Notes under the pieces: generated by a model | What the model saw: only the letters and a program-made list of their open reading frames with translations | Database searches by the model: none | What the model was told of the DNA's origin: nothing | In this document: positions 9,999 to 21,204 of the stretch, piece after piece | Layout of the letters: each line of letters starts with the position of its first letter | Numbering within the stretch: the first letter of the stretch is position 1 | Position numbers and translations under genes: made by a program | Source: an uncultured Verrucomicrobiae bacterium | GTDB lineage: Bacteria > Verrucomicrobiota > Verrucomicrobiia > Limisphaerales > JAFGQR01 | DNA: 64,000 bases | Assembly (NCBI GenBank): GCA_963788655.1 | Contig: CAWBHS010000049.1 | Coordinates: 64,001-128,000, forward strand | Reading direction: 5' to 3'

Positions 9999-11456
9999 AT
10001 GCGAAGCTATCCAAACTTTATCAACGGGGAATGGGTTCCTGCCCAAAACGGAAAGAAATTCCAAACCCGCGAGCCCGCGGACCAACGGGCAGTGGTTGCA
10101 GAGTATTCGGAAAGCGGTAACGCGGACGCCCGGAAGGCGATTGAGGCGGCGCGTCAGAGTTTTGTCGGTTGGGCGGCGATGACTCCAGTGTCGCGAGGAC
10201 GAATTCTTAGCCAAGCCTCACACATTCTCGAAACGCGCAAAAGTGAACTGGCCGAACTGCTCACCCGTGAAGAGGGCAAAACCCTGGCGGAAAGTAACGG
10301 TGAAGTGCAACGCGCAATCGATATCTTCCGTTTCTTCGGCGGATTGAGCTATGTTCTGGGTGGTCAGACCATTCCGCACGACCTGCCGCACAACCTGCTT
10401 TACACGGTGCGCCAACCGTTGGGTGTCGTGGGCTTGATCACCCCTTGGAATTTTCCGATTGCCATTCCGGCCTGGAAACTGGCGCCAGCCTTGGTGTCCG
10501 GCAATACGGTGGTCATCAAACCCGCTTCGCCGGCACCGGCGATGACGTTCGAACTGGCCAAGGCCTTCGACGAAGCGGGATTGCCCAAAGGCGTGTTGAA
10601 CGTTGTCACTGGCGATGGACGTTCGGTGGGCAGTGAGATCGCGGGACATCCTGACGTGGTGGGCTTGTCGTTTACCGGTTCGTATCCCGTGGGGCAGGAA
10701 ATCTACCAACGACTCGCGCCCCGGATGGCTCGGGCCCAGATGGAAATGGGCGGCAAGAATCCCACCCTGGTTCTGGCGGACGCCGATTTGGAACTGGCGG
10801 CGACATTGGTGGCCCGGGCGGGATTTGGTCTGACCGGCCAGGCATGCACCGCCACCAGCCGGGCCATCGTAGAAAAAAGCGTTCGAGACGAGTTCACGGA
10901 CAAGCTTATTGCCAAGGCGCGCACCTTGAAAGTCGGCAACGGATTCGATGCCGGCATCGGCATGGGTCCCGTCATCAGTCAAAAGCAATTGGATGGTAAC
11001 CTGGCCCACGTGGAACAGGCAGTTAAGGAAGGCGCTCACCTGGCTTTTGGCGGCAAACGTCTGACGAACGGTGACCTGGTCCACGGCTTCTTCATGGAGC
11101 CCACCGTGCTGACGGACGTTACCCCCCAAATGGCAATCGCGCGTGAGGAGGTGTTCGGTCCTGTCATTGCGGTCATGTCGGCGGAGAATTTTGAGGACGC
11201 GCTACGGTTGGGTAATGGAGTCGATGTCGGCTTATCGGCGTCGTTGGTCACGCGCGATTTTAAGAAGGCCATGCTTTACAGCGAGCGCATTGAAGCCGGC
11301 GTCGTGAAAGTCAACCAGATCTCCACCGGCCTGGCTTTGCAAGCACCGTTTGGTGGTGTCAAAAAATCGAGCACCGATTCTTTTAAAGAACAAGGTGCCG
11401 GCGCCATTGAGTTTTACACCAAACTGAAGACGGTGTACCTGGATTACTCCACCTAG
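9999..11456 (+). CDS. Aldehyde dehydrogenase, 2,5-dioxovalerate (alpha-ketoglutaric semialdehyde) dehydrogenase-like
   Basis: ITPWNFP, SFTGS, EMGGKNP, GQACTA, EEVFGP, PFGGVK. Confidence 0.9.
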   Translation: MRSYPNFINGEWVPAQNGKKFQTREPADQRAVVAEYSESGNADARKAIEAARQSFVGWAAMTPVSRGRILSQASHILETRKSELAELLTREEGKTLAESNGEVQRAIDIFRFFGGLSYVLGGQTIPHDLPHNLLYTVRQPLGVVGLITPWNFPIAIPAWKLAPALVSGNTVVIKPASPAPAMTFELAKAFDEAGLPKGVLNVVTGDGRSVGSEIAGHPDVVGLSFTGSYPVGQEIYQRLAPRMARAQMEMGGKNPTLVLADADLELAATLVARAGFGLTGQACTATSRAIVEKSVRDEFTDKLIAKARTLKVGNGFDAGIGMGPVISQKQLDGNLAHVEQAVKEGAHLAFGGKRLTNGDLVHGFFMEPTVLTDVTPQMAIAREEVFGPVIAVMSAENFEDALRLGNGVDVGLSASLVTRDFKKAMLYSERIEAGVVKVNQISTGLALQAPFGGVKKSSTDSFKEQGAGAIEFYTKLKTVYLDYST

Positions 11457-11546
11457 GCCGTCGGTTCTCCGATCGTCGTCGCAGGCGTAAAACCGCGGCG
11501 GCTCTCCTGGATATTTTGCGATCTCAATCAATCATCACGTTCCACC

Positions 11547-12401
11547 ATGAAACTCTGCCGCTTCAAAACTTCGCGAGACCGCATCGGCGTCGGTCTGATC
11601 CACAAAGACGCCGTCAGTGATCTCGGCGGGGTGGGCCTCGGGCAACTGAGCACGTTGTTGGAAACCGAGGATCTGGTGTCCCGCTTGCGGGTGCTCGCCG
11701 ACAGCACGTTGCCGCATTACCAACTCGCCGACGTGCAATTGTTGCCGCCAATCGAACGGCAGGAAGTCTGGGCCGCCGGGGTGACCTATTTACGCAGCAA
11801 AGCCGCCCGCATGGAGGAATCCGACTTCAGTGCCAATGCCTACGACCGCGTCTATGACGCCAAACGTCCTGAACTTTTTTTCAAATGCCTCTCGGAAAAA
11901 GTCGTCGGCCCGGGTGCGGCCGTTGGCATTCGGAAGGATGCCCGATGGAACGTGCCGGAACCGGAACTGGCCTTGGTCCTGAATTCGCGCGGGCAAATTG
12001 TTGGCTACACCATCGGCAACGATATGAGTTCCCGCGACCTGGAAGGTGAGAATTTGCTCTATCTGCCACAAGCCAAGATCTACGATCGCTCGTGCGCCCT
12101 CGGCTCCGCCATCGTGGTGGGCGTGACCGAATCGGTGGCGCGCACTTGGACCATCCGGTTGCGTCTCGAACGCGCCGGCGCCGTGGTGTTTGCCGGCGAA
12201 ACGTCCGTCGGTCAGATCAAACGCTCCTTCGACGAACTCGCGGCATATTTGTTTCGCAGCCAGAAGTTCCCTCACGGCGCGGTGCTACTCACCGGCACCG
12301 GAATCGTGCCACCGGATGAATGCAGTTTGCAATCCGGGGACCAGATTCACATCGAAATCAATGGCATTGGCGAGCTGAGCAACTTCGTGACGGAAGTCTG
12401 A
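11547..12401 (+). CDS. Fumarylacetoacetate hydrolase family protein (2-keto-3-deoxy-pentonate dehydratase, XylX-like)
   Basis: EVWAAGVTYLRS, RPELFFK, WNVPEPEL, GNDMSSRDLEGENLLYLPQAKIY, LTGTGIVP. Confidence 0.88.
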   Translation: MKLCRFKTSRDRIGVGLIHKDAVSDLGGVGLGQLSTLLETEDLVSRLRVLADSTLPHYQLADVQLLPPIERQEVWAAGVTYLRSKAARMEESDFSANAYDRVYDAKRPELFFKCLSEKVVGPGAAVGIRKDARWNVPEPELALVLNSRGQIVGYTIGNDMSSRDLEGENLLYLPQAKIYDRSCALGSAIVVGVTESVARTWTIRLRLERAGAVVFAGETSVGQIKRSFDELAAYLFRSQKFPHGAVLLTGTGIVPPDECSLQSGDQIHIEINGIGELSNFVTEV

Positions 12402-12666
12402 ACCGAATGCCGGCAGATTAATCAGCCACCAAGCAATATCATCACCTCGAATGTCGATATTGAGGTCTGGGCCTTGGTGCGAACGCAATCCGCTTCGCCG
12501 TGACGTCAATTCCAGAGCTCAGCCTGGCGGGTTTGCTGCTGGTTCTGGTCCAGATATCGCGCAAAGTTTTTGCGAATCACCTTATTCTTCTTCTGCTTCC
12601 CTCCCTTACTCGTTTACATTTTAGCGGGCGTTGATTGTGGTACTGCCGTGTGGTGTGAACTCCAGC

Positions 12667-13509
12667 CTAATTGGTTTCCGCCAGCACAATCCTAAAACCA
12701 TAATAGTCGTTCCGCATGTCCGGCACGTTGGGGAACCGGTAGGAGGACATCAGGCAGGTGATGCAGTCGTTGTTCCAGGTGGAGCCGCGCAGGACTCGAA
12801 ACTCGTGCGGCGCATCCCACCAGTCTTCACACCACTCGGCGACGTTGCCTGCCAGGTCGCACAGACCCAGGAAATTCGGACGGAAGCTGCCCACGGGCGC
12901 GGTGTGAGCAAACGGGTCCAGTTCAAGATCGGCGGCAAAGTTGCCGGTCAACGTCGTGGGCGGCCAATTGGTGCCCCACGGAAAGACGTGACGTATCCCC
13001 AGGAATTTTTCATGCGGGGTGGAACCTGTTTCGTTGGTTAGTCCCACCGCCAGGCTCCATTCCGCGTCCGTTGGCAGGCGATAAAGTTGGGTTGCCGCAA
13101 GCTGGCCGGAACCGCGTTCCTGGCGGGTAAGCCAATCACAAAAGACGCGCGCGTCCTGCCAGTTCACGCCCACAACGGGATGCTCGTCGGTTTGGAGGAA
13201 ACCGGGATGCTGCCAGTTAAATCCCGTGCGCAATTCCCAGTTGGTGGATCCCTGGACATACATGGACTTGCCCACGGCGTAACCACTGGCCCTGACAAAG
13301 GCGCGGAAATCGCGAACGCGAGTTTCCCAGATACAGAAGCGCACGCTGGTGCCGGGCACCGCTACGAAGACCAAACCGAGGTGGTTGGTGAAGCGCGGTG
13401 TCGGAAAGGTTTGACCGATAACCTGTGTGTGCTCGTTTGGCGGTGACGGTTTGGAAACCCCGAAGCAGCCCAGGGTCAATCCAGCCAGACTGGCAACCAG
13501 CAAATTCAA
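12667..13509 (-). CDS. Formylglycine-generating enzyme (SUMF1/EgtB) family lipoprotein; start uncertain
   Basis: HPVVGVNWQDA, YRLPTDAEW, FPWG, PVGSFRPNFLGLCDLAGNVAEWC, YGFRIVL; lipobox-like LTLGC. Confidence 0.85.
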   Translation of the reverse strand: MNLLVASLAGLTLGCFGVSKPSPPNEHTQVIGQTFPTPRFTNHLGLVFVAVPGTSVRFCIWETRVRDFRAFVRASGYAVGKSMYVQGSTNWELRTGFNWQHPGFLQTDEHPVVGVNWQDARVFCDWLTRQERGSGQLAATQLYRLPTDAEWSLAVGLTNETGSTPHEKFLGIRHVFPWGTNWPPTTLTGNFAADLELDPFAHTAPVGSFRPNFLGLCDLAGNVAEWCEDWWDAPHEFRVLRGSTWNNDCITCLMSSYRFPNVPDMRNDYYGFRIVLAETN

Positions 13510-13625
13510 ACTTAAAGGTCGGTATCCGTTTAACAATGAAAACGAAAACCGTCGCCGCCCCGGATGGCCAGGAAGCGCGTCCACGCTGCCGGAAGCGACG
13601 GATTGGCGCGGCAAGCCTACGGCCA

Positions 13626-15320
13626 TCATTTTTTGGCGGGGGTGGCCGGTCGAATGGGCGTTGGCGGTCTGACCGCTGGCGACGGGATTGTTCCGGGCGC
13701 GGCTCCTGGAGTTGCTGGAGTCGTGACTCCCGGCGTTGACTTGCCACGCATGGTGCGAACGGATGCCCGCTTCTCTCGCAAGCTGAGTCGGCTGACCAGG
13801 AATTCCGACGTATTCAAAACCAGACGAAAATCCGCGCCGCGGTTTTGCGTGTTCAGTAAGCGTGCCGCCGCCAGGTGGAACGTGGCCGTTTTCCACGATT
13901 TGCTGCCCGTGAGCGTCACCGTTTGATCGCCGAAGTGTAGGCGCCGCTAAAGGGTGCTTCCAAGTCGCTCCCATCGGTACTCGACGCCAAACGTGCCCGG
14001 CGCGGCATCGAAATAATCAACCTCCAGCAGCGCGTCCATGACCGGCGCCCATTTGAAGGAATCGTCCACGGCGAAGTACATATAGTGTCCACCCAAGGTG
14101 TTGGGTTTCATCGCCTGCGCCATTCGCCCTGCGGCCATGGCCGGCGACGTCAGGCCGTCCTCGTTTTCGATTTGGGTGATGCCGTTGGGGGCATTGGTTG
14201 CGGCCAACACAATGGACACCGATTTGGCTTTCGAGAAAGGTCCCCGGGGCCACTTGGGGGTCCAGCCGCGTTTGAAGAGACTGGCGTATTTGTGGGTCAA
14301 GTCGATGTATTGGCGGCCATGCTCCCGGCTGTCGGCGATATCGGTGCCTTCGTGAAATTCATTCCAGGTTTCCACCATCACCAACTGCGACTGGCGGCGC
14401 AGAAACTTCAGCCACTGCTCCTCATAGAATTTGCCATCGCGGCGGTCCACGACCAGAGGTTGGCGGCCCGGTACCGCGGAATGATCGTAGCCGGGCCCGA
14501 GCGACGCCACGCCGGGATTCTTGAAACCCAGCGCCCCGCCCCACGCGTATTTGGCGTCGGCCTTCACGCGCCAGGAGACTTCGGCGGCAATCCACGGTTC
14601 TTTCCCGCCAAAATCCTTGGCGAATTGTTCCTTGGCATAATCGATGACCTTCTGATTGTAATTGCGGGCGAAGCCGGAGGAATACAGCAGGACAATCGGT
14701 TTGCCGTTGAGCATCGCCCAATGCTCGGGCGGAATCATGGAAAAGAAATCGCGGATCGTGGCGTAAAACCAGCGTCGGCCGTAGTCGGTGGTCAGGTCGA
14801 TGTGTTCATCCCAGGAATTGTATTGCAGCGTGCTGGTGTCGTAGAAAAGCCCGATGAGCGGTGGCCGTTTATGGGCGCGCAGCAATTCCTCCCGCGCCCG
14901 GACCAGCGGCGGCAACCCGGCGTAACTCCAGTGCATGCGGCTGTTGGTGGCTTGCTCGGAAGGTGCGCCCCAAAACACGGGCAGCAGCACATCGATCCGG
15001 GCATCGATCATATCGCTCAACTGCTGTTTGTGCCACGCCACCGAGCGGTAGGCGAAGTCCTCCATGCTCGCGGGATGCGTGGTCAACGCGTCGGTCCCGT
15101 CGCCGTTGCGCAGGTGTTCGCCGGTATGGACGTTATACCAATAAAAGTAATAGGTGCCGACGAAGTGGTCCCGGGGGCCAAAGGACCGCAGCCCGGCGAA
15201 ATCCAGCGAACGCAAGTTGATATTGGGTCCGTAGGCCAACGGAATCTCGTGCTGCGCCGGGAGAACTACGGACGCGGAAGTGATCACCAGCAGGCCGGAC
15301 AACAAAGCGCGAATTTTCAT
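13626..15320 (-). CDS. DUF5010-like secreted glycoside-hydrolase-like protein; one extra base near 13978 splits the C-terminus
   Basis: YYFYWY, IGLFYDT, GPGYDHSAVPGR, ETWNEFHEG. Removing one C joins GVEY to DGSDLEAPFSGAYT...GADFRL (ORF 13626-13919). Confidence 0.72.
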
Positions 15321-15372
15321 TGCCGGCATTTGAGCGTAAGGCCACGCGATCCGCAAGTTTGTTCGAAGGACT

Positions 15373-16491
15373 TCAGGGGCTGGTGACGGGCAGGGTGCCG
15401 CCTACCGGAGTCGCACCGGAAATGGCTGCTCGCCGCCCTTCATTCGCGGCAATGGTGTTCACAAATTGATAGAGAATCTGTTCCCCGAAAACCGCCAGTT
15501 TGCGGTAAAAGACAAACGAAACATAGACGATGTCTCCTTGCTCCAATCGCACGTCCGGCAAGCGTCCCTGGGTGATGGCTTTGTAATCGACAAACGCAAT
15601 CTTGGGATACGAAATGGAGCCACGCACAATCGCCACATGCGCCACCCGTGCATAATCGATGGGACCGCCGGCATTGGCGATGGCCGACAGCACGGTGAGT
15701 TGGTCCGAATATGGAACGATGGTCGGCTGGGCCACCGCCCCCAGCACATAGACATTCCGGACGGTCGCCGAACGCAAATAGATGAAGTCGTCGGGTTGGA
15801 GATAGATGTTCTGGCTCAAATCACCGGCGCTGAGTAATCGGTGAAAATCCACTCGCAAAGGCCGGCCGTGACGCAACAAGAAACTATTTTGTAGGTCGGG
15901 AATGCCCGACTTGGAACCGGGTGCCGCCGCAGTTCCGCCAGCCGCGGATAAGGCTTCCAGGATGGTCATTGGGGTTGCCAGGGAATATACGCCGGGAGCT
16001 GCGATAGCGCCCAGAATCCAAATCCGTTTGCTAGCCACGCCCCGCAGAGTCAGGGAAACCACCGGTTTAACCCGCAGAAATTTGGCGAGTTCATTCTCCA
16101 ATAAATCACGGGCTTCGGCCAGGGTTAATCCCCATACGAACGTGCCGGGCAGCAGACTGTAATAGACTTTGCCGTCGGGGCCAACCACCACCGTCGATCC
16201 CGAACCTCCTTCCCCGAGAATCTCGATCTCGAAAGTGTCCCCCGGACCCAAGGTAAAGAAATCCTTGGGCGGCCGCAGCCAATCCGATTGGATATTGTTG
16301 GTGGAGTTGATGGACGCAAACAGGCTCGCTTCCAAATCCACCGGATCGGGATAACGAGTCGTGGTGATTCCTTGTTTGACCTCGGCCGAAGTGGTCTTGC
16401 GGGCGTCGAACATCGGCCCATGGCCGCGGCAGCCGACCAGACACATTCCGGCCAAGATCCACGTTCCGATTGATGAAATGGCTTTGCTCAC
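15373..16491 (-). CDS. Polysaccharide export protein (Wza/Poly_export plus SLBB) lipoprotein
   Basis: Lipobox LVGC, LGPGD, VGPDGKV, GLTLAEA, SLBB repeats, LEQGDIVYV. Confidence 0.88.
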   Translation of the reverse strand: MSKAISSIGTWILAGMCLVGCRGHGPMFDARKTTSAEVKQGITTTRYPDPVDLEASLFASINSTNNIQSDWLRPPKDFFTLGPGDTFEIEILGEGGSGSTVVVGPDGKVYYSLLPGTFVWGLTLAEARDLLENELAKFLRVKPVVSLTLRGVASKRIWILGAIAAPGVYSLATPMTILEALSAAGGTAAAPGSKSGIPDLQNSFLLRHGRPLRVDFHRLLSAGDLSQNIYLQPDDFIYLRSATVRNVYVLGAVAQPTIVPYSDQLTVLSAIANAGGPIDYARVAHVAIVRGSISYPKIAFVDYKAITQGRLPDVRLEQGDIVYVSFVFYRKLAVFGEQILYQFVNTIAANEGRRAAISGATPVGGTLPVTSP

Positions 16492-19400
16492 TTTATCCAG
16501 GGCTCAGTAATAAACGGTCCAACGTGCGCTCCCGTGTAAGCCGTGACAAACGAGCGAGCAAACGTGAGCGTTGCCATTTCCAACAACTCCTCCGCCCGGG
16601 CAAACGGACGGGAGTGGATATAAATGATGTCGCGGTTGTGCAACGGGAAATCCGGACCCCGGGCTGCCAAAATGTCGGCGGTGTTGACCACAAACGTTTG
16701 GGGCCGGTTGAGCGATCCCCGCACGACCAGCACCCGGCTTTTGTATGCCCGGGTGGTAAATCCGCCGCGGCTAGTAATTGCACCCAACACGGTCATCTCC
16801 TTGGCAAACGGCAGGGCACCGGGGCCATTCACTTGCCCCAGCACATAGACTTCCTGCAAGTCCAGCGGCGGAAAGAACAGGTAGTCATCCGGCGCCAACG
16901 GAAGGTTCTGACTCAAATCTCCACGTTCGAACAATCCCTCAAAATCCACCGACACCCGGCCGAACGATCCTTCCGATCCGCGTCGCACCAGAAAACTATG
17001 ACCCAGGTCCGCCTGCGTGAGGCGATTGCGATATTGCTGCGAGGTGACGAAGCCTCCCGAACGAGCGATGGCCTCGATAATCGTAATGGGACGGTCGAGC
17101 AGGAAAATGCCTCGCTGGTTGACGTTCCCCAGCAGGTAGTACTTCTTGCTGGTGTAGGCCGAGGGATTGATGATTACCCGCGGAGAAAGCCGGAACTTAC
17201 TGAGGACCTCTTCGAGTTTGGCGCGCAATTCGTCCACCGTGAGGCCGGCGGCCATCACGTCGCGGGCCTCCAGATAGTTGAGCCGGCCGTCGGGGCCAAT
17301 GAACAGGCCCGCCTTCATCGTGTCGGGTTGCTCGTACAAATTAATACTGAACGAATCCCCCGGTCCCAACGTGAGATGTTTCTGCCACGCCGCCAAGTGC
17401 TCCGGCCCGGTCACCGTCAACGAACCGGTCGGCACTTGATTGGTGGCCAATCCTTCGGGAGGTGCCGCATATTCTGGTTGGGTTGGCGGCGTGGGTTCTG
17501 TTGGTTGAGGCGCTTCAGGTGGGTTGGCCGTTGCCGCCGGTTGGGCCTCGATTGGAGGTGAAGCCAAGGTTCCGGCCATCAGCAGAATTGCGAGCAGAAC
17601 CCTGGAGAAAGCCCGCCCGCTTCCCACGGCGGCGCGATTGAATACCGCGCCCACCCAGTTGGTTCGCAAGCGACTCAAAACATCCAAATGAGAACGCGTG
17701 TCAGTTTCCCTCGCCATGTTCTTTCGGCTCAGCCATATCAAATTGGGCAGATGCTCGGCAAGCAGAAACGCTTCGGGCGTCGAAACCGGCGGCAGTTCGA
17801 CCAGGATCGCACACCGATCCAACGCCGCCCATTGTTGCAGGGTTTCCTCCCATTGTTCGCGGCAATCGATGCTCCAAGTCCAATTTCTGACCGGCCACGG
17901 TCCCATGGCTTGCAGCGAACCCGACACATCCATAAGAACGTCGTCCGACACCTCGGACGCGTCTTCGCCGAGTTGACGCGTCGTGTTCGGCTCAGTCGCG
18001 TTGGGGGCACTCTGGTAATCCAGGGTTGGCCGAGCTGCCGTAATCGTGAAGACCCGGTAACCTTGTTGCCGCGCCGCCTCGGCCAGCAATTGGATGAAAG
18101 TGGACCGGCCTTCGCCATGCTGCAGCGACGCCACCCCGCAGATCAATGTTCCCGCTTTGGGGAGATTCGTGCGGCTTTGGATGATGATCAGCGTATGCAA
18201 CGCCCACAGCAAACGTGCCGAGGCATTCATCGGTTCCAGATCGTCCAGCGACGCGATCACCGGCAATTGGCTGGCGCGCCGGAGATCGGCTTCACTGCGA
18301 ATGCGGCCATCGAATCCTTCGAGCAGGAGAAAAACCAGCGTCGTAAACAAGCCGCCCAAAATGCCGCCCGCCGCGCCGTACCAGGTCGCGGCCTCCAATT
18401 TCGGGGTGGCGTCCAATTCTCCGACCGACGCGGGACGCAGGATTTGCAGCGGCGCGGTGGCTTTGGCCAATGGCAATTGTTCGAAGCGGCTTGCCAGCAG
18501 AAACCGCTCGTCCCTCAGCGCCTGATAACGGGATTTGATCTGCACGTACTCGACGTGTTTGGCCGGCAATTCCGGGACGGCTTCGTTGAGCTTCGCCATT
18601 TGCAGATTTGCTTCCTCGATTTGCCGGATCAAAGAAATGCGTCGCGCACGCAACTCGAGGACGTTCGCGTACAAATTGGCAGCGGTCGGATTGCCCCACC
18701 CGGAAATGTCCGGCTCCTTCTCGGAGTCTTTCTGGGCGAGTTGCGCCTCGAGCGACGCCAATCGGGCGCGCAACTCCTTCACGTGGGGGTGCTGTTCCGT
18801 ATAGATGTTCAAAGCCTCCCCCAACGCTTCCCGAGCCGCCACCAACGCGGGCGTTTGCTTGCGGATTTCCACCAGCATCCGGTCGATCCGCCGCTCCAAC
18901 TCACCCAACTGATTGCGGTCATCCTCGGCCTGGCGCTCCAACTCCGTTCTCGCTTCCAGCAGTTTGGCTGGGTCTTTGTCGAGGCGCAGCCCCGGAATGC
19001 TCTGCTGGAATTGCACCAGTTCGGCACTGGCGTGCTGCAACTCCTGGTCCAAGGCGCGTAAACGTTGCTGCCAACGCTCGCCCGTTTCCTGGAGTTGTTC
19101 GCGCTGCACCTTCGCCGATGCCCGGACCGCTTCTTCGGCATAAGCATTCGCCTGTTCCACGGTGCGGTTTGGAGATTGGCTTCGGCATTGCAACACCGCC
19201 AAGTCGGTGCTTGGCAACAGTGACATCTGGAAGTCCGATGCGGGCGAATGGCGGTGTTGATCGACATTGGTAGCAGCCGTCGTTTGCCCAAGCACCGCTC
19301 CCGAGCGAATGAGCTCGATCAGCGTGTTGCGCGCCAGGGTCGGGGGGGAAGCAGTTTCGCGGTCGCCCAAATTCAGTTCGTTGCCATCCCTGCCATTGCT

Positions 19401-19562
19401 GCGGAATCCCAATAAAACTCGGGCTGAATAATCTCCGGTGGCATAACCCCAGAGCCCGGCGAAGAGTCCGGCGAGGATGCCTCCCACCATGAGCGTCGGC
19501 CAGCGCCGCGCCAACACCGCCGCGCCGCGTCGCGGATGACAAGACCATTTCAGTTTCTTCAC
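16488..19562 (-). CDS. Wzc/GumC-like chain-length regulator with degenerate kinase domain fused to a Poly_export/SLBB (Wza-like) module
   Basis: TM, coiled coil with YTEQHPHV, TM, DGRIRSEADL, Walker-A-like GEGRST, a hydrophobic linker, then LGPGD/IGPDGRL/AAGLTVDEL and SLBB repeats. Confidence 0.8.
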   Translation of the reverse strand: MKKLKWSCHPRRGAAVLARRWPTLMVGGILAGLFAGLWGYATGDYSARVLLGFRSNGRDGNELNLGDRETASPPTLARNTLIELIRSGAVLGQTTAATNVDQHRHSPASDFQMSLLPSTDLAVLQCRSQSPNRTVEQANAYAEEAVRASAKVQREQLQETGERWQQRLRALDQELQHASAELVQFQQSIPGLRLDKDPAKLLEARTELERQAEDDRNQLGELERRIDRMLVEIRKQTPALVAAREALGEALNIYTEQHPHVKELRARLASLEAQLAQKDSEKEPDISGWGNPTAANLYANVLELRARRISLIRQIEEANLQMAKLNEAVPELPAKHVEYVQIKSRYQALRDERFLLASRFEQLPLAKATAPLQILRPASVGELDATPKLEAATWYGAAGGILGGLFTTLVFLLLEGFDGRIRSEADLRRASQLPVIASLDDLEPMNASARLLWALHTLIIIQSRTNLPKAGTLICGVASLQHGEGRSTFIQLLAEAARQQGYRVFTITAARPTLDYQSAPNATEPNTTRQLGEDASEVSDDVLMDVSGSLQAMGPWPVRNWTWSIDCREQWEETLQQWAALDRCAILVELPPVSTPEAFLLAEHLPNLIWLSRKNMARETDTRSHLDVLSRLRTNWVGAVFNRAAVGSGRAFSRVLLAILLMAGTLASPPIEAQPAATANPPEAPQPTEPTPPTQPEYAAPPEGLATNQVPTGSLTVTGPEHLAAWQKHLTLGPGDSFSINLYEQPDTMKAGLFIGPDGRLNYLEARDVMAAGLTVDELRAKLEEVLSKFRLSPRVIINPSAYTSKKYYLLGNVNQRGIFLLDRPITIIEAIARSGGFVTSQQYRNRLTQADLGHSFLVRRGSEGSFGRVSVDFEGLFERGDLSQNLPLAPDDYLFFPPLDLQEVYVLGQVNGPGALPFAKEMTVLGAITSRGGFTTRAYKSRVLVVRGSLNRPQTFVVNTADILAARGPDFPLHNRDIIYIHSRPFARAEELLEMATLTFARSFVTAYTGAHVGPFITEPWIK

Positions 19563-19817
19563 AAACGCTCCATCTGCTCAACACGTCTCCGGCAGCCCAC
19601 GTCGTTAGCCTGCCTGGAACTACCGCAGGGCCAAGTGCCAACCATTTAACGCGCGACCGCTGGAAATACCAAGCGATTCTTTTACCATTCCCGATGGAGT
19701 TGGAGTGGGCTTTTGGTTTTGAATTACATTGCCGCTCGGTCACCTTGAGGCACAATGGCCATCACATTCTCAGGTGTGATGAACTGTGCCCGGCGACTTG
19801 GTTACTTGGAATTCATA

Positions 19818-20430
19818 ATGAAATCGTTGCAACGGAATATAGTGGTTTCCGTGGTTTCCTTGCTCGCATGCCAGGGGCTCGAGCTAATTGGTCACGCCGC
19901 GGCATTCGACTTCGCTCGGGCCTCGCGCGCCGTCCCCAAGCCGCGCGAGATCTGGCCAATGGTTAAACAGTTTACGGTGCCGCTGGAGTTCACCGTCATT
20001 TCCGATGAAATCGTGGTTAGCGATACTGATCCCTCCAAACGCTTGCGGAAGGTGACCGCCCATTTCTGGAGCCAGAAACTCGCGGGCAAGAAATGGGGGC
20101 ATCGCTGTGTCATCTTCCTGCCGGCAGACAATTCACCAAACCTCACCCCAAAGCGGAAAGGCAAGGTCGCGATCATTGGTTCGCCACCTTACGCCTATTT
20201 CCCGGTTCACGTGGATAAATACGGCGAAACGATTGCCGCCCGAACCGGCTATCCCACGATGGTTCTTTCGAATCCTGGCGAATATCCGGATGGTTCCGCC
20301 ATCGAACACGACATCGGCGTTTTAAACCGTTTGCGGAAGGAAACGGGCGAGAATTACTACCACATGAATTGCCAGTTGGCCGTCGTGTACATCCAGGCCA
20401 TGAACGGCTTTCAACAGTTCCTCGGCTGCG
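19818..20430 (+). pseudogene. Secreted protein, PqaA (PhoPQ-activated pathogenicity-related)-like, truncated by the duplicated TPR segment
   Basis: Signal peptide, WGHRCVIFLP, ARTGYPTMVLSNP, QLAVVYIQAM. The ORF then runs into repeat DNA at about 20430. Confidence 0.55.
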
Positions 20431-20490
20431 ATCGCCTCGCCATTCCCATCCGGTATCCAGTATCTGGCATCCAGCATCCAATATTCGTCC

Positions 20491-21132
20491 CTACTTCAAT
20501 TCCGCCAAAATCTTCTTGGCGTCGGCCACGTAAGGAGCGTTGGCATCCAAGGTCACGGCCTTTTGCAGGGCGGCTTTGCTGTCGGAGGACTGTTTGAGTT
20601 GGTAATGGGCCATTCCCAGATAGTACTGCAGTTCGCCGTCGGTGCCGCGTTGCACGGCGGCTTGCTTCAGCAATTGGGCGGCGCGTTGGTAATCTTTGCG
20701 CTGATAGACGGCGAGGCCCAGAGCTTTGGCAACCTCCGCGTCGCCGGCGTAGGCTTCGCGAGCTTTGGAGGCATGCTCGAAAACCTTGTCGTAGTCCACT
20801 GGCGGTTGGAGGTAAAGCAAGGCCAGTTGCTTGTTGGCCGGGGTGAACAATGGGAAACGCGCCAGCGCCTGCGCACAGGCTTGTTTGGCGGCGTCCAGGT
20901 TGCCCTGCTGCCGGTAAATCGTCGCAGCCGCCATCAGTGCCGGGACGTAGTCCGGTTGCTCCTTGAGCGTGGCCCGCACCTGGGCCTGGCCGGCGACCGC
21001 TTTGGCGGGGTCGGCCGCGAGTTCGTTCATCTGGAGAAAGCTTTTGGCGCTTTCGGCGCGCGCAAAGTTCGGATTGGTTTCTAACGCGCTTTGCATTCGA
21101 TTGGTGGCGTCCGACACCTGCCCGATGCTGTA
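20491..21132 (-). pseudogene. Orphan duplicate of the 3' end of the TPR gene (24811-25452)
   Basis: Near-identical translation (…YVADAKKILAELK) and DNA. It has no N-terminus and is cut at the RAYT left boundary. Confidence 0.9.
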
Positions 21133-21204
21133 CATAATAAATAAAGTGACAGGTTCAAAGTTATTGACAACTTACGCTCGCTTCCGGCACATTTGAGATC
21201 ACCT

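Noticed and set aside
12667..13974. 435-aa full-length SUMF1 ORF
   Set aside because: The N-terminal extension overlaps the frameshifted tail of the DUF5010-like gene; the real start is near 13509.
14085..19061. Long antisense ORFs (14085-15386, 16470-17561, 17688-19061 and similar ones elsewhere)
   Set aside because: They are shadow frames of well-supported genes in high-GC DNA and have no motifs.
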